The notes under the pieces were generated by a model, which saw only the letters and a list, made by a program, of their open reading frames with translations, had not been told where the DNA came from and ran no database searches. From Guillardia theta CCMP2712 (lineage: Eukaryota; Protista; Cryptophyta), in contig NW_005434669.1 in the NCBI RefSeq assembly GCF_000315625.1, forward strand, positions 531,238 to 595,237: a stretch of DNA of 64,000 nt. The letters run 5' to 3'. The translations under genes were made by a program, and so were the position numbers. This document shows positions 1-12,995 of this stretch, piece after piece. Numbering within the stretch: position 1 is the first letter of the stretch; the number at the start of each line of letters is the position of its first letter.

Positions 1-124
1 AGACACAGATATTTTCAGCCATCCGATCTGTATACGTGCCTGATCAAACCAAATTAAGTGAGCCATTCTCTGAGATCTTGATTTATGTACAACTGCTTGC
101 TGTCCTGTCCGTCGATCTCCTCTC

Positions 125-255
125 TTCCCTCACTGTCTCTCTCTGTGACTCTGTCTCTGTGCTTGTGTCTCTGTCTATCTCTGTTCTCCTGTTTGTTTGC
201 ATAGTGTCCTCCCTCCCTCCCTCCCTCCCTCCCTCCCTCCCTCCCTCCCTCCTAT
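125..255. repeat. Pyrimidine-rich simple repeats: degenerate (CTGT/CTCT)n then (CCTC)n
   Basis: Directly visible; the (CCTC)n run is at ~207-252. Confidence 0.85.
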
Positions 256-469
256 CTCTTCCCCCTTGCTTGCCATGCCCAACTTTGAAACGATCCCACA
301 TTTCCCCGCCGATTCAAACTCTCTGTCCGTTGACCCCCTCTACTGTACTACCCCACCCTGTAAAAAGTCTGGAGTTTGCCTATCGAAGGACCCCTTCCCA
401 GGGCCTATCGGCGGCGACATCGTCCACCCCACCGAGTCGACGGTTGAACACTCCGCCTCAGAACTATTG

Positions 470-1230
470 AGCCTTGAGCCGGGTCCGGCGGCGGGTGCCG
501 CCGGGGGCCCGGGGCGCCGGATCGGTGACCGTCGGACGGTGGCATGATCACTACAGTACGGTACTGACTCAGTCTCGGTCAAGTTCGCGAGCCCCGGTCC
601 GGCCTCGGAGCTGCTCAGTCATGATGCCGGACGGCACTCCGCGACCTGGGGCCGCCGGCATAGCCTGGCGGCGGAACAGTTCAACGGTTGAGTACTGCAG
701 ACATCAAGTCGACGCCTCAGGCTTGCGGCCTAGTTGTAACAAGCGTGACAATTTTTACTCGGTTGAAGACTGAGTTTAATGCGGCACACAGCATCATGAT
801 CCGACCAGACAGTCACGGTGACTGCTGAGAGGACCTTGGCAAGACGGCGCGGCCGCGTACGGTACTAGGCTACATGGCCGCCTTGAAGCGCGAAAGAGTT
901 GTCTTGGTTTACGGGAGAAGTTTGTTAACTCGGAGGTATCATTGACTGGCCGCACTGCGCAGTGCGCCACTGCCGCGGCATCATCTGTAGTACGGCGGTA
1001 GGCGCGGCCCCCGGGGCCCGGCCCGCGGGCCCGCCCGAACGATCCGACGGATACCGAGTGACTCACAGAGTCACCGTACGTTGAGTCGCCAAGTGTGGCC
1101 GGCCGCCGGGCCGCGCTCCGAGGCTCTGAGTCTGCCCGGCCCGGGGCCGGGCCCGGGCAGCGGCGGGCGGCCGGGCGGGCGGCCCTCAGGCCGGAGTCCG
1201 ACGGTCCAGATTGCCAAGTTGACTCGATCC
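470..1230. other. GC-rich intergenic motif cluster (type 1: CCGG/GGCCC, TGACTC/GAGTCA, ACGGT, TCAGT words)
   Basis: Very GC/CpG-rich with no credible protein. The same short words recur at 11465-11690, 18627-18980, 21905-21965 and 33165-33320. Confidence 0.5.
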
Positions 1231-1319
1231 GCCCAGTCATCTTCCTCAGCCTCCATGAAGCTCCTGCTACTCTGATACGGAGACTTGCAGCCTGTTGTCT
1301 TGTCTTGCTTGTCCCTACT

Positions 1320-1363
1320 TCATCCTCATCCTCATCCTCATCCTCATCCTCATCCTCATCCTC
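1320..1363. repeat. (CATCCT)n microsatellite, ~7 units
   Basis: Directly visible. Confidence 0.9.
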
Positions 1364-1472
1364 AGCATCCCGTCGCTCTCATTCTGTCCTCCTTCCCATG
1401 TGTTCTTCGCTGAATTAGAGCTTGTTCCTGTCTCTATCATCTTCTCATCTTTACTTGGGGACTACGTATGGA

Positions 1473-2890
1473 ATGCGTCCCATCACTCTCTTGCCAACGA
1501 GAGCACTTTCAACCCTCGGAGCACATGCTGCCGTCATTATTCCTGCTAGAATGGCGTCTAAACGGTATCATGCTATCAATTTCTTTCATTTTTCGTGGGA
1601 TTTTGTTCCCATCCATCAATTCGAAATGATGCTACCCTGCTAAGGTTTCCCGGCAAACCGCTTGCGTTGATAGGAGGGAAACCGCTTGTTCAGAGGACAC
1701 TGGAGTACAGCAACACCTGTGGGGTTTTGAGCTTGTGATGAACACTGCAGGAGAGTGAAGAGGGCTAGACATGTTGATGAAGTGTTTGTTGCCACCGACG
1801 ATCAGCGGATTGCAAATTTGATTGAAGGGATAGGTGCAAAATGTGTAACCAAGTGATGAAGTATGCAAGTTCACAGGCTGAATGATTCAACGCCAGGTAT
1901 CATGACAAGCCATGAGTGTGAGTCGGGGACTGAGAGAGTCAGGGAAGCTTCGCAGCAGCTGAGGTAAGAACCCGATGCTTTCTCGATCTGATTGACAAGG
2001 TTTGTTGGAATTCAGCGCGGAGTTTGACATCATCGTGAATGTTCAGGGAGATGAACCTCTGATCGACCCCGTTTGAACTTCTTTTCTGCTCGTGTTGCTC
2101 CCTCACCGCTTTTTGCAGGCTCATGTAGACAAACTAATCACGCACATGAAGAAAAACCAAGCAGACCTAGGTCTTTCTTCCTTCGGTTGAACAGAGATTG
2201 ATCAACGGCTTCAGTCTCCACGTTGGCTTGTCCCATACGCAGCATGAAAGATTTCAAGAGTCCAAATGTTGTAAGTTCTGTGACCGATGACGAAAAGGAG
2301 TTGAGTTTGACACACAAGGTGAAAGTGGTGTTCGGGTTGCAAAATCAAGCTCTGTACTTCAGCCGATCCCCCATCCCTTACTTGCCTTCAGATTTCAAAG
2401 GGCCCGACGAGGAAAAGAGTTGGTGTCGATATTCCCAGTGAAGTCTCGTCATGCTTGATCAGGTCAAGAAAATGCAAGCGATCAGCATCGCCCGTTCAAG
2501 CACCTAGGCATCTATGCATTCAGGTTTGCAAGTGCCACCCGATGGATGCTTCTTAATCCCTTGCTAGGAGGAACTTTCTCGAGCTTTCCTCGCAACTTTC
2601 TCCTTCAACATTGCAGGTCAGAACCGCCTGCCTTGTCTCTTTGATTCAATCCGCAGGCCTTGGAAGACCTCGAGCAGCTGAAGGTGAGCTGAAAGACTGG
2701 TAGAGGGCAACTGAGCTCGCGGCAGATTCTTGCGAGCGGATACACTATACGGGTTGAGAGGGAGAGGGGGTGACTCATCTTACACTGACTGCAGGTGCTC
2801 ACTGTTCCTTCCTCTGCCCCCGACGTGAATGTGCCAGAGGACGTGGAGGTTATAGAGAGCTACCTTGTCGCAAATAGTGGGGATGTGTGA
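1473..2890 (+). CDS. kdsB: CMP-Kdo synthetase (3-deoxy-manno-octulosonate cytidylyltransferase), multi-exon
   Basis: Spliced exons give VIIPARMASKR|FPGKPLALIGGKPLV, VFVATDDQRI, ESGTER, IIVNVQGDEPLIDP, VKVV..ALYFSRSPIPY, HLGIYAF, LEDLEQLK and DVNVPEDV; TGA at 2888-2890. The start at 1473 (MRPITLLPTRALSTLG) is inferred. Confidence 0.93.
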
Positions 2891-2970
2891 TATCACATAT
2901 GATGAGTTTGTGAGTCGTGATATTTCCCGCGTTTCCTCAATCCCCCACAAAAGAAATTCACTGCTACCAC

Positions 2971-5904
2971 TCACAAGCCATAGGACCTCAGGCACTGCTT
3001 GAACGCTGCTGGCGTGATGTTCCCTTTGCTCACACTCCTCGCCATCTCAGTGACCTGCTCACATGAAAGTCAGGGAGAAACTTTCAGGTCATCGGGCAAA
3101 GTCGACCATGTGCAGAGTCTTGATGCCGATCCCTCCGTCCCCAATCTCAGCCGCGCACTGACTGATCCCATCTATCAAGCAATGTTACAAGGCAGCAAGA
3201 TGACCCAGCGAGAGCGAAAGAGTAAAGGGTGGGAGAGCGAGAGAAAACGGATTGAATCAGCGGCATGGAGCGGGAGCATAGCAGCTGGGAAAAGAAGAAA
3301 GGAGAGAGATCAACGGCTCACCGGGTTCAAAACATCCCTGCTGAGTCATGACAGTCTCGACCTCAGGCTGGCTCAGGTAAGGGACGTGCATGCTCGTGGT
3401 GAACACGCCACTCTCCCCCGCAAGCTCGAGCTGCTCGAGAACAGCCAAACTCGATGTGGTGCCGACAACGAGGAGGCGATGACCCTTGGGGGGCCTCTTG
3501 GAGATCAGGACGAGAAGGATTTGGAGAATCTCGTTGGAGAAGCGAGGACCGATCTTAACATAGGAGACAAGACGCTCGATGTTGTCCAGCACGATCACCG
3601 AGAGAGGCGAACGGTACGCGTCCTCGAATGCTTGCGTGATCTTGTGTGCCCTAGCGACTTCGGTCTGGTTGACAAGAGACTCGGCGGAGATGAACTTGAT
3701 GTAAGGATAGTCAGCCTGTGACGCCAGTTTCGCAGCCAATGCAGTCTTGCCAGACCCCGCGTTTCCTTCAAGAAGGATGGATAGAAGAGGAGTTCGCTCG
3801 CTCTCGTGGACCTGTGCAAGGAACTTGAGACCAGTCTCATAGAGGCGGTCGAATCTGGGGCCGAAGTTGATGATCCCGTTGGGCATGCACATGTCAAGTT
3901 GGTCCATGCTCACACCGAAAGCAGGTTTGACTTCATTGATCGCCCGGGTGAAGTCTTCCATCATCACTCTGATGTTATCAATGTTGGCGTGCGGATGATC
4001 AAGATTCGACTTGTCAATATTCCGCTCAAATGCATAGGAGGCAGCGGCCTTGCAGACACCTTCAAGCTCTGCTCCGGTGTAGTTCTTGGTCATGGTTGCA
4101 AGCTCCTCGACGTTCACTTGAGAGTCTAGGAAGCCGTTTGCCTTCATGCTGTTCGTGTGGATGCTGATGATCTGCACGCGACCCCTCTCGTCCGGCAACC
4201 CGATCTCGACATGCACTTCAAGACGCCCGGGCCTCAGCAGCGCCTCATCCAACATGTCTTTGCGGTTCGTCATGCCAATCAAGAGGATGTTGTTAAGTGA
4301 GTCTACACCATCGATGTAGGAGAGAAGCTGATTCACCACTGAGTCTCCCACTCCCGTGTCTCCTCTCGTTGTCCCACGCTGACGACAGATCGCGTCCAAC
4401 TCATCGAGGATGATGACGTGAAGTTCACTTTCATCGCCTTTCTCCGCCTGCTCTGCCTTCGCCTCCGCAAACAGATTTCTGATGTTTTCTTCACTCCCAC
4501 CGACATATTTGCTGAAGATCTCAGGACCGTTCACAACCTTAGGCTCTCTGTCCACAAGCATCTTTCCGATCTTCCTCGCGATCAAAGTCTTTCCGCAGCC
4601 TGGAGCACCATACAACAACACTCCTCGCACATGCATCAGCCCCATCTTAGCAAGAACCGACGCCGGATATACACGAGATGCGAACGCACGTCTGAGTTAT
4701 CGATCAGCAATCAAATGCAATCGACGGTGCAGCTACCGGAAGATGTCTCCGAGCTCTGAGTCCAAACCACCGATACCCATCTTGGAGAAGGAGAAATCCG
4801 GCCTGCGGGGACATTCATTGTTGAGGAGAACAAGCGGCGGTCGTTCACCTGAAAATCTTTGACGAAGTGGTGGCTTTCTGCACGTTCACGAGGTTGATGG
4901 TAGACCCCTAGATCCACGTCAACCCAACTCCGTTGCGTCATTGCAGCTCGCTACACAACAGGACAGAACAAGTGTACCTGGAACTTCCCGACTGTAACTC
5001 GCGACAACTTGTTGAGAATTCCCATCGGAGAAGGGACGATGTCATCCTCCTTGATCTGCTGCATCTTCTCCTCTGTCGGCTGGGCATCGCCTTTCAAGAT
5101 CTTCCAACCTCAAAGTCAAGATCACGCGCCCCCCTGTATCTCTATCTACGACCTCCAGCTCAGTCACACGCAGCGTCAGACTGTTCCCTTGAAAATCTAT
5201 CAAAAAATCCTGCACAGCGAATGTTATCTGAAACGCAAAACTTTCTTTGCAGACCTGTCCAACGGAAAAGCACTGGCCAGAGAACGATGACGCTATGAAC
5301 CGACCCAACATTTCCGCATCAATGGGATCATTCGTGGCTCGACCTCTGAGAATAAGTTTCAGCAAGCTTTTGCACGATAATCACCAAACTTACTTGTTGG
5401 GAAAATCTGCTTCTACCGAGATTCTAAACATGTGAATGTTTTCCTTGGGAGCAAACCTGAATCAAACTCAACAACACCGAAAACTACAACAATCTCCACC
5501 AGGCCTGGACGGCAAGAGGCTCGTTCAAGGATATCTGAAGGGTCTTTCTTTGAACAAGATTAAAAGCAATGTTTCCCGCTCCCACAGCTGCCACGACACT
5601 GCTTTCAGTTCCCCTGCGGTTGGGCACAACAGCCCATCCCCTTACCTTCATCTGCACGAGCCACGAAGATCATCGACTTAACCGAGACAAAGTCGCCATC
5701 TTTGATGCCCAGCTGCCTCAGGTCTAAAACCCCAATGAGTTAACTCAAGTGCCATGGCCTCAAAACTCTCATACCATCTGCGCTCGTGTAGACGCAATTC
5801 GACCCAATGAACGACTGATAGTTTCTTAGACACGATCAGCTGAAAGTTGACCTCACCTTGTTTGGTGTCGCTACCGCCGCCAGCTGAACGGATCGCCTGT
5901 CCAT
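2971..5904 (-). CDS. NSF: Vesicle-fusing AAA+ ATPase NSF/Sec18, multi-exon
   Basis: D1 Walker A GAPGCGKT and Walker B IILDELD, VVNGPEI.SKYVG.SEEN, LLRPGRLEV, D2 GNAGSGKT, C-terminal GIGIKTLHM. First exon reads MDRRSVQLAAVATPNK. Confidence 0.96.
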
Positions 5905-6481
5905 CTTCGAGCACCTGGGGCACAAGTCAGTTTTAGACTGCCCTTGTTTTTCCACTGAATTCCCCTGATGTAACTGAAATCTGCATTCTGCTAGTGTCCT
6001 TCGAAACCATGCCCCTCCCTCACGGCATGATTCTCTTCTCCTCGTACTCTTGTCATTCATCAGGACTCCTCGCTCGAACCCGGATACTGTCGCTTCCATC
6101 CGGTGCTCTCTTTCCTCAACCTCGCTGCCTTCGCATCCCATTTGCCCAGCACATCTCATGTATCTTTCTCTTGGCGTTTCATGTCTTTGCTGAATTCATT
6201 GATGTATCCCTCCCGCTCACTCCATGAAAAGTAATGCTTCCCAGCTTACCCGTACCAAGACCCATTCTTGTCATGACTGACTACATGTCTTATCCCTACA
6301 TCCCTCGAGCGGACCTTCTCGTCTACAAGTAAGATGTGCTTTCTCTTTCGTCGTCTATTCCATTCTCTTGACGTCTCTTGACTCCGCGTCTCTCCTCTTG
6401 TCCTCTCTTCACTTCGGGCATGCGAGTGTCATTTGCATGGCCTGTGAACGGGGGAAAAATCTCTAGTGTCATCCGTCCACA

Positions 6482-6680
6482 AGGGTGGGGGTAGTTTATT
6501 CAATTGGGGTACCCGTTTCACACCGGTGTAATTTACCAGACAAAGATGGAACAAAGTGGGTACGAAATTACTTCATGTTCAAACTTTTAGGGTAGGGGTA
6601 CTCCAAAATTTTCCTGGGTGGGTGGTAGGAGGTGTAGTCTACATACTACCGGTTCTTTTCTACTATCAAAGGGGGGTTTA
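6482..6680. promoter_or_regulatory. GGGT(A/G)-rich motif cluster (type 2) between divergent NSF and TM9SF
   Basis: AAGGGTGGGGGTAG, GGGGTACCC, TTTAGGGTAGGGGTA, GGGTGGGTGGTAGG. A regulatory role is inferred only from position. Confidence 0.35.
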
Positions 6681-6760
6681 AAAAGTTACAAAACGTTACA
6701 ATTTGCTCGAACCGTTATCAAATCGTTACTGGTGAGGTGGTGGAGCAGCTGGCGCAAGAC

Positions 6761-9700
6761 ATGCGTGGCACGCGGATGGCGGAACCGGCGAGGGATGGCG
6801 GGGAGAGGAGAAAGAGGGAGAGGACGAGCACGAGGATCTTGTCTCAGACTGCCAGCTTCTCCTTCCTCCTCGTCGCAAGCTTGCTTGTGGTGGGTTGTGA
6901 TGGTTTCTACCTGCCCGGAGTGGCTCCCACAGACTATATGCCAGGGGAGAAGCTGAATGCTAAGGTAAAGAGATGTCCGGGCATGGGCAACGCAGAAGAA
7001 CCTCGGAGATTGCGAACTCTGTTTGCTTGCATCGAGTTGACGTGGCTCTTTGTGATTGTTTGCTTCCTGGCTCATCATCCTCTGCCTGCCTCGTATGAAC
7101 GGATATACTCATCATGACGTTCCTGAAGATCGTGTACGTGATGATGAGACTTGATAGACCGTCAGAATCTGATCGGGTTGACTGTAAAATCCGTTCAATC
7201 GTTTCCTTGGTCAAAATCGCTTCCCTCTTCTGATATGAGGGTCGTTCAGGTGGAGGCCCTCACGTCAACGAGGACTCAGCTCCCGTATGAGTATTACGTT
7301 CTGCCGTTCTGCCGTAATGGTGTCAACATGGATCAGCAGGAAGGTTGTCTTGTTTATGCGATGATTGTGATAGTGTGCCTGAAATGTTGGGTTTCAAGCT
7401 CTCAATCTTGGAGAAGTTCTCAGAGGATCCAGAATCTACAACACACCATATTCCTTCAACATGGGTGTGAACCAGGTATAGCTCCACGAACAGCTGCGAT
7501 GTGGTTGACAGGCTGCTGCAGAACTGCAAGATTCTTTGCCATAAGGAATACACCCAAGAGGAAGTGCAGGTATTGTTGAACGGAGAGGGGTGGAAGCAGT
7601 GAACAAGAATGCCCTACAGGAATTTGCTCTCATGATTGAAGAGGAGTATCGTGCACACTTCTTGTTGGATAACCTCCCAGTTGCAATGACTGTCTTTCAT
7701 GAAAACGGTCCAGAACTTGTCCTTTATTCCGAGGGCCAGCAATAACACCCATGTTGCAAAACAGATACTGGAGAAACTACCAAGACATATGAGACTGGGT
7801 ATCCCATCGGTAGCGAAATTGATTCTTCACCTTTGTACACGATCCAACTATGTAATCAGGTCATGTCATCACTGAGAATTCTTCAGAAGGAGAGGAAGGA
7901 GAAGAGTGTAAGTGAATGACTTTCTTCGGAGGGTGTCCTTTCCCTGCTGTAACCAATTGTTTCAGCCACCAAGCATTCGTCGGAAAGCCGCAAGAACTCC
8001 AAGCCGCAGATTGCTCTCTTCAATCATTTGCGTTTCACAATCTTGTATCACGAGGACCCAAAGAAGCATGCACAGCGAATCGTTGGATTTGAAGTTGAAC
8101 CGCTTAGCGTGAAACATACGTACCTCAACAAAGTTGACTTTGAGGAATGCCTCGGGCGACAGTCTGGGGAGAATGGCCTCTGCAACCTGAACACATGCTC
8201 TGCCAAGAAACAAGTCAGCCTCAATGAACAACCGTTGATTCTGGATCCTACTCGCAAGAGGAGGACAGAAGTACTTTGGACCTATGACGTCATTTTTCAG
8301 CCATCCAAGATCAAATGGTCTACTCGGTGGGACACCTATCTCCAGTCAGCAGATGATGCTCAAGTACACTGGTTCTCCATTTTGAACTCATTCATGATTG
8401 TTCTTTTCCTTTCTGGTCTGATTGCTATGATTATGATCCGGACACTGCGCAAGGATTTTGATCGTTACCAGAGGAAGGATGTGATTGAGGAAGGTCAGGA
8501 GGAGACAGGTTGGAAGCTTGTGCATGGTGATGTGTTCAGACCCCCAATCATGAGTGGCTGGCTTTCTGTCATGATTGGAACGGGAGTGCAGTTATCGGTT
8601 TCCGCCTGTTTCCTGATGATTTTTGCATGCTTTGGGTTTCTTTCCCCAGCAAACCGAGGAGCTCTTATGCAAGCCATGCTGTTTCTTTTCGTTTTTATGG
8701 GAATGGTTGGCGGCTACACTTCTGCTAGATTCTTCAGGATGTTCAAAGGAAACAGGTGGAAGAGCAACAGTTTGTGGACGGCAATGCTATTCCCTGGCTT
8801 CGTCTTCGCCCTGTTCTTTGTTTTGAATCTCATGATCTGGGGTCAGAAATCATCTGGGGCAGTTCCTTTTGGTACCTTGTTTGCTCTTCTATCCATGTGG
8901 CTGTTTATCTCCACACCCTTGGTTATCGGTGATCTATTTTTTTTGTGCCTTCTTGCTCTAATTCTTGTTTTTCAGTTGGATCGTACTTTGGCTTCCGCAA
9001 ACAGCCCATCGAATTTCCAGTGAGGACGAATCAGATTCCTCGACAGGTAAATTCTTAGATGTCTTGGCGATGGCCCTCACCTGTCTCCCAGGTGCCCATC
9101 CAGCCATGGTTTGTGAATGGGCCATTAAACATCCTCGTGGGTGGAGTCCTACCCTTTGGAGCTGTCTTTGTCGAAGTGTTCTACGTGCTTTCCTCGATCT
9201 GGCTTCATCAGTTCTATTACTTGTTCGGCTTCTTGTTTCTCGTCCTCCTCATCCTCCTGATGACGTAAGAATTGACATCTGTGCTTGCCAATTTGTGATC
9301 ACGATTTCGCATTGCAGTTGTGCTGAGGTGACGATAGTATTGTGCTACTTTCAGTTGTGCAGTGAAAATTATCACTGGTTATTGCTGTTCTCGATGATCT
9401 GGTTTGTAAGCTTAGCATCAGGTGGTGGAGAGCATATTTCACAGCTGGGTGTTCCTCTCTCTATCTTTTTCTGTACTCAATGTATTACGCCTACACCAAA
9501 CTTCAGGTCCTGTTTGCCTATGACAATGATTTCACATGACGTTCTTGAAGATGGCAAGAGCAGTCGCAGGCCTTCTGTATGTGGGCTACATGCTGGTGAT
9601 TTCTTGCTGCAACTTCATTCCACGTCAAGAGGCTAACTTTGATTCAGATCGTGTCGGTCTCGTTCTTTCTTATCACTGGTTCTTTTGGCTTCATTGCTTG

Positions 9701-9798
9701 GTACATTACTTGCTATCTTGTCAAATTTCTCAAATTTCTGAGTCGTGAACAGCTTCATCTTTGTGAGACACATCTACTCGTCAATCAAGATCGATTAG
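6761..9798 (+). CDS. TM9SF: Transmembrane 9 superfamily (nonaspanin/EMP70) protein, multi-exon
   Basis: Signal peptide then [76 protein letters not shown]-terminal IYSSIKID*. Confidence 0.96.
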
Positions 9799-11464
9799 GC
9801 AGTAGACAAGAAAGGGCAGGCAATAGTCCTCGGCTATCAAAAGCAGTTCTTTGCTCTTATAAGAAATTACTCGTTATAAACAATAATTATATCGAATTTC
9901 GCTATTCACAATTGTTTCTGATCTTGGTGTTCCAAAGTTGTAGGTAGAAATACACATCGACGAGAGTAACGAAGTCGCACGAAGTCGCGAATGCCTAAAA
10001 TACATATCAACCATAACAAAATGACGTCAAAACCACATACATCGCTCTCGGTTATCGACGAACTGAAACTCTGTCGAACAGAAGATTACATTTCGCTTAT
10101 TTCGCACAATGTTGGGCCATGTGTTTCTTGTCGCGCCCATTGGAAGTTGATCGAGCTCAGGGGAAGGAGAGTCCAAACTGTCCACATCCCCTGTCCCCAG
10201 ACACTTAAAACATTCACAAGGCAAGAAATTCAATCGAACCTCCAGAGCTCGCCATCATGGTTTGAATTCTGCAGAAACATCAGTTCATGTTTAGAATGTA
10301 ATCCTCCACATGCTATGCTATGCTGGCAACGTGAAAAAAAGATTTGCTTGTTTGACTAATAGCTATCTCGGGCACGCGAAGAAACCAAGTATTTTCTAGT
10401 TACTTTCACGATAAGAGCATACAGCTCCGCATTTTCCTCTCATCTCCGCCTCTTCGAGTGATCGCTACTACTACTTCAATCTCATTTCTTCACTCTAGAA
10501 TCATCCTCAAACTTGATTCTCCTTCATGATCTTTCAACGATATGATTTCTCAGCCCGCACAACCCATCCCCTCCGTCATCGCGGCATCCGTCCTCCCGAC
10601 TCTTCAACAAGAAATGTCATTTTACTCACGCCATGGCGAACATCGCTGCTGGTTCTATTTCCGTCCCACAAGTCCTTCAAAACTCTTGCCAGCCGAAAGT
10701 TTCAAACTTTCAAAACCTGTTTAACTACAGGCCCGCCTCGTCAATATTCACCTCTGCCTGTGACCGTGTACTAAAAAATATTTTAAAATAATAATAGCCA
10801 TGACCAGTGGTAAACTGTCACACCTATGCCGGAGCTCCGTCGACGTGAGGGGAAAAGGAAAAACCGCAACACAAACAGTCTTAGCAGTAAAGTGGTGTAA
10901 ACATTCCCACAAACCAGGTAGTAATGTGGGTATGGTTTGCATGCATGGCTCACAGATGGAAGATCCTTTGTTGTATGACAAGACGGTGGCAAAAGGTTCT
11001 CAGAGGTGATACTTTCTGCGGAATTTCAGAGAGAATGGATTGAACCTGATTGGATAACTTAAACCCATAGTTTTTGAACAGGAAGAGGAAAAAAATATTC
11101 CACGCCTATCTTAATCGTTCGACAACAACATCACAACAGCCCAACAAAGCAACAAACAGAAACATTTTTGATTTGCTTTTACTTTATTTATCTCCTCTAA
11201 TAAAATCAGGAGGGTTATACAATCGGTTTCGCTTTGATTAGGCATTCATTTGAATAAATATGACCGTTCATTGAGTACTCAAGCACCGGATTCCCAAAGT
11301 GACTGGAGATGAATCAGCCTAGACTATTTGTTGCCGTATTTGTATAAAAGGATCTTTGTGCTTGTGTTGAACTCTTGCCACTGATGTGGTTTTTCCTTGC
11401 CTTGTTGTGTCACGGTTCCATGAAACTATTTTGTGTCACAGTGTTTGTGTTCAGTATTCCAACT

Positions 11465-11690
11465 GAGTTCGCTGTCAGTCTGAGTCAGACGGCGTCAGCA
11501 ACTCGTGAGGCGGTGCTACTTGGCCTGTAGGCTGTACGGTTACTGCGGCGTAGACAGCCTGCCAGGCTCAGTCGGCGTCAGAGTCGGAGCAGGAGCAGAG
11601 CAGGAGTCGGAGTGCAGTCCGTTGGTCACGGCGGGACTGAGGGGCAAAACCTCAGTCAAGTCACGGAGGCGCCTGGACAATCAGCTGATA
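11465..11690. other. GC-rich intergenic motif cluster (type 1)
   Basis: TCAGTCTGAGTCAGAC, GCTCAGTCGG, CAGAGTCGGAG, GGTCACGG words; no credible ORF. Confidence 0.45.
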
Positions 11691-11754
11691 AGCGAATAAT
11701 TAATATATATCCTCCGTTGCCGTGACGTGTGGTAATGCATGAACAAAAAAACAA

Positions 11755-12960
11755 GGGGTCAGCCTGAGCAAGATCATCAGTCAATAGAGAGGCTTCGTTC
11801 GAGTCTCGGAGGTGGTTCAGGGGGTGGTCGAAGGTTGATAGGGTCATTGTCAGCCATGTTCACGGGCACGAACATGGGGGTGGACGTCACACTGGGTTTG
11901 GGGGGGCTAGTTAAGGGGGTGGGGGCCCCCTGTAGGACGGTACGGCAATTGACTTTGAGAACCATGGCAACTCATGCCACAGCACAAACAGAGAGGGGGG
12001 TGGGTAAGCGGGGGAGTCAAGGGGTACTTGCGGGAGATCTCGAGGTTTCGTTCGACGCTGTTCCACCCCCCACCCCCCGGGCGATGTTCCTCAACAGATC
12101 ACGGCTCTTGCAGCCACTGCTCATCACTTCGTGGGTAGAGATGAGGTTTAGCTAAGGTGGGGGTAGTCGAGCTTGTTTTATCACCCCTCCTTGCCCCAAG
12201 GCCAGGGGGTCTCATCCCCCTAAGATGTCCATGTCAAGAACATTTTTCAGGATATTTTACCACAGACCAAATGCCCTCTTCACCCCATATGATCCCATAA
12301 AATGAAGGGGTGCTGCTCAACAAAAAATAAAGTCTTTACAACATGCAGAGGTATTTTAAAATTATGCCTACCCCACAAGCTTCCTGACACCCAACACCAG
12401 TCGACTTGTACCCCAGTTCTGAACAACAACTACCCTACCCTAGGTAAAACTCTGATATAAAAGTAAAGAAATAAAAACGCAGTTTTCTACCCACCCGTGA
12501 CTGATTATGATACCCCTACCCACCTTTTTAAAACGAGATGCACATTACCCACCCTTTCGCTCCATCGCCCTTAAATTAACCCTACCCCATGAACTCTTGC
12601 CACCATTTTTCACCCCTAGGCACGAGGTCAATGTCACCACCACTCTGGAACCCTGGAGCACTCCACCAACCACCCTGACCACCCCCAAGGACCCCTGCCT
12701 CCATCTGCTGGGTGTTCACAGGAAACCCCGAGGAATCCTCAAACTCACCACCCCCTACACAACGTGACCCTGCTGTTCGCCGTTTTGATTACCTCCACCC
12801 CCTCTGACCGTGGGTTCATCGAGATCCTCGCTCGGCATAATTTTATTATTTTTGTCCTCCCTCTTGGTGTGCCCCCGATCGTCTCCTCCCCCCGTTGTTC
12901 GTGCCTTGAGGGTTCAGGAGGACCTCGCCGCAACCATCCTCCATTGTCTACCCCAGTCCT
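11755..12960. other. Type 2 motif cluster with a polarity switch (G-runs to ~12170, then CTACCC/ACCCC runs)
   Basis: GGGGGTGG/GGGGGTAG on the left; TACCCTACCC, CTACCCACCC and TACCCACCC on the right. Confidence 0.5.
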
Positions 12961-12995
12961 CCCATCTCTTGTAGCCTGCATCCTCTCTCAATCAC

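Noticed and set aside
36-1418. Several GC-rich or low-complexity ORFs upstream of kdsB
   Set aside because: They arise from simple repeats and high GC content; no protein-like motifs.
2999-3721. 240-aa plus-strand ORF with a signal-peptide-like start
   Set aside because: Antisense to conserved NSF exons.
6587-6600. TTTAGGG telomere-like word (also CCTAAACCCT near 21900)
   Set aside because: Single copies only; not a telomeric tract.
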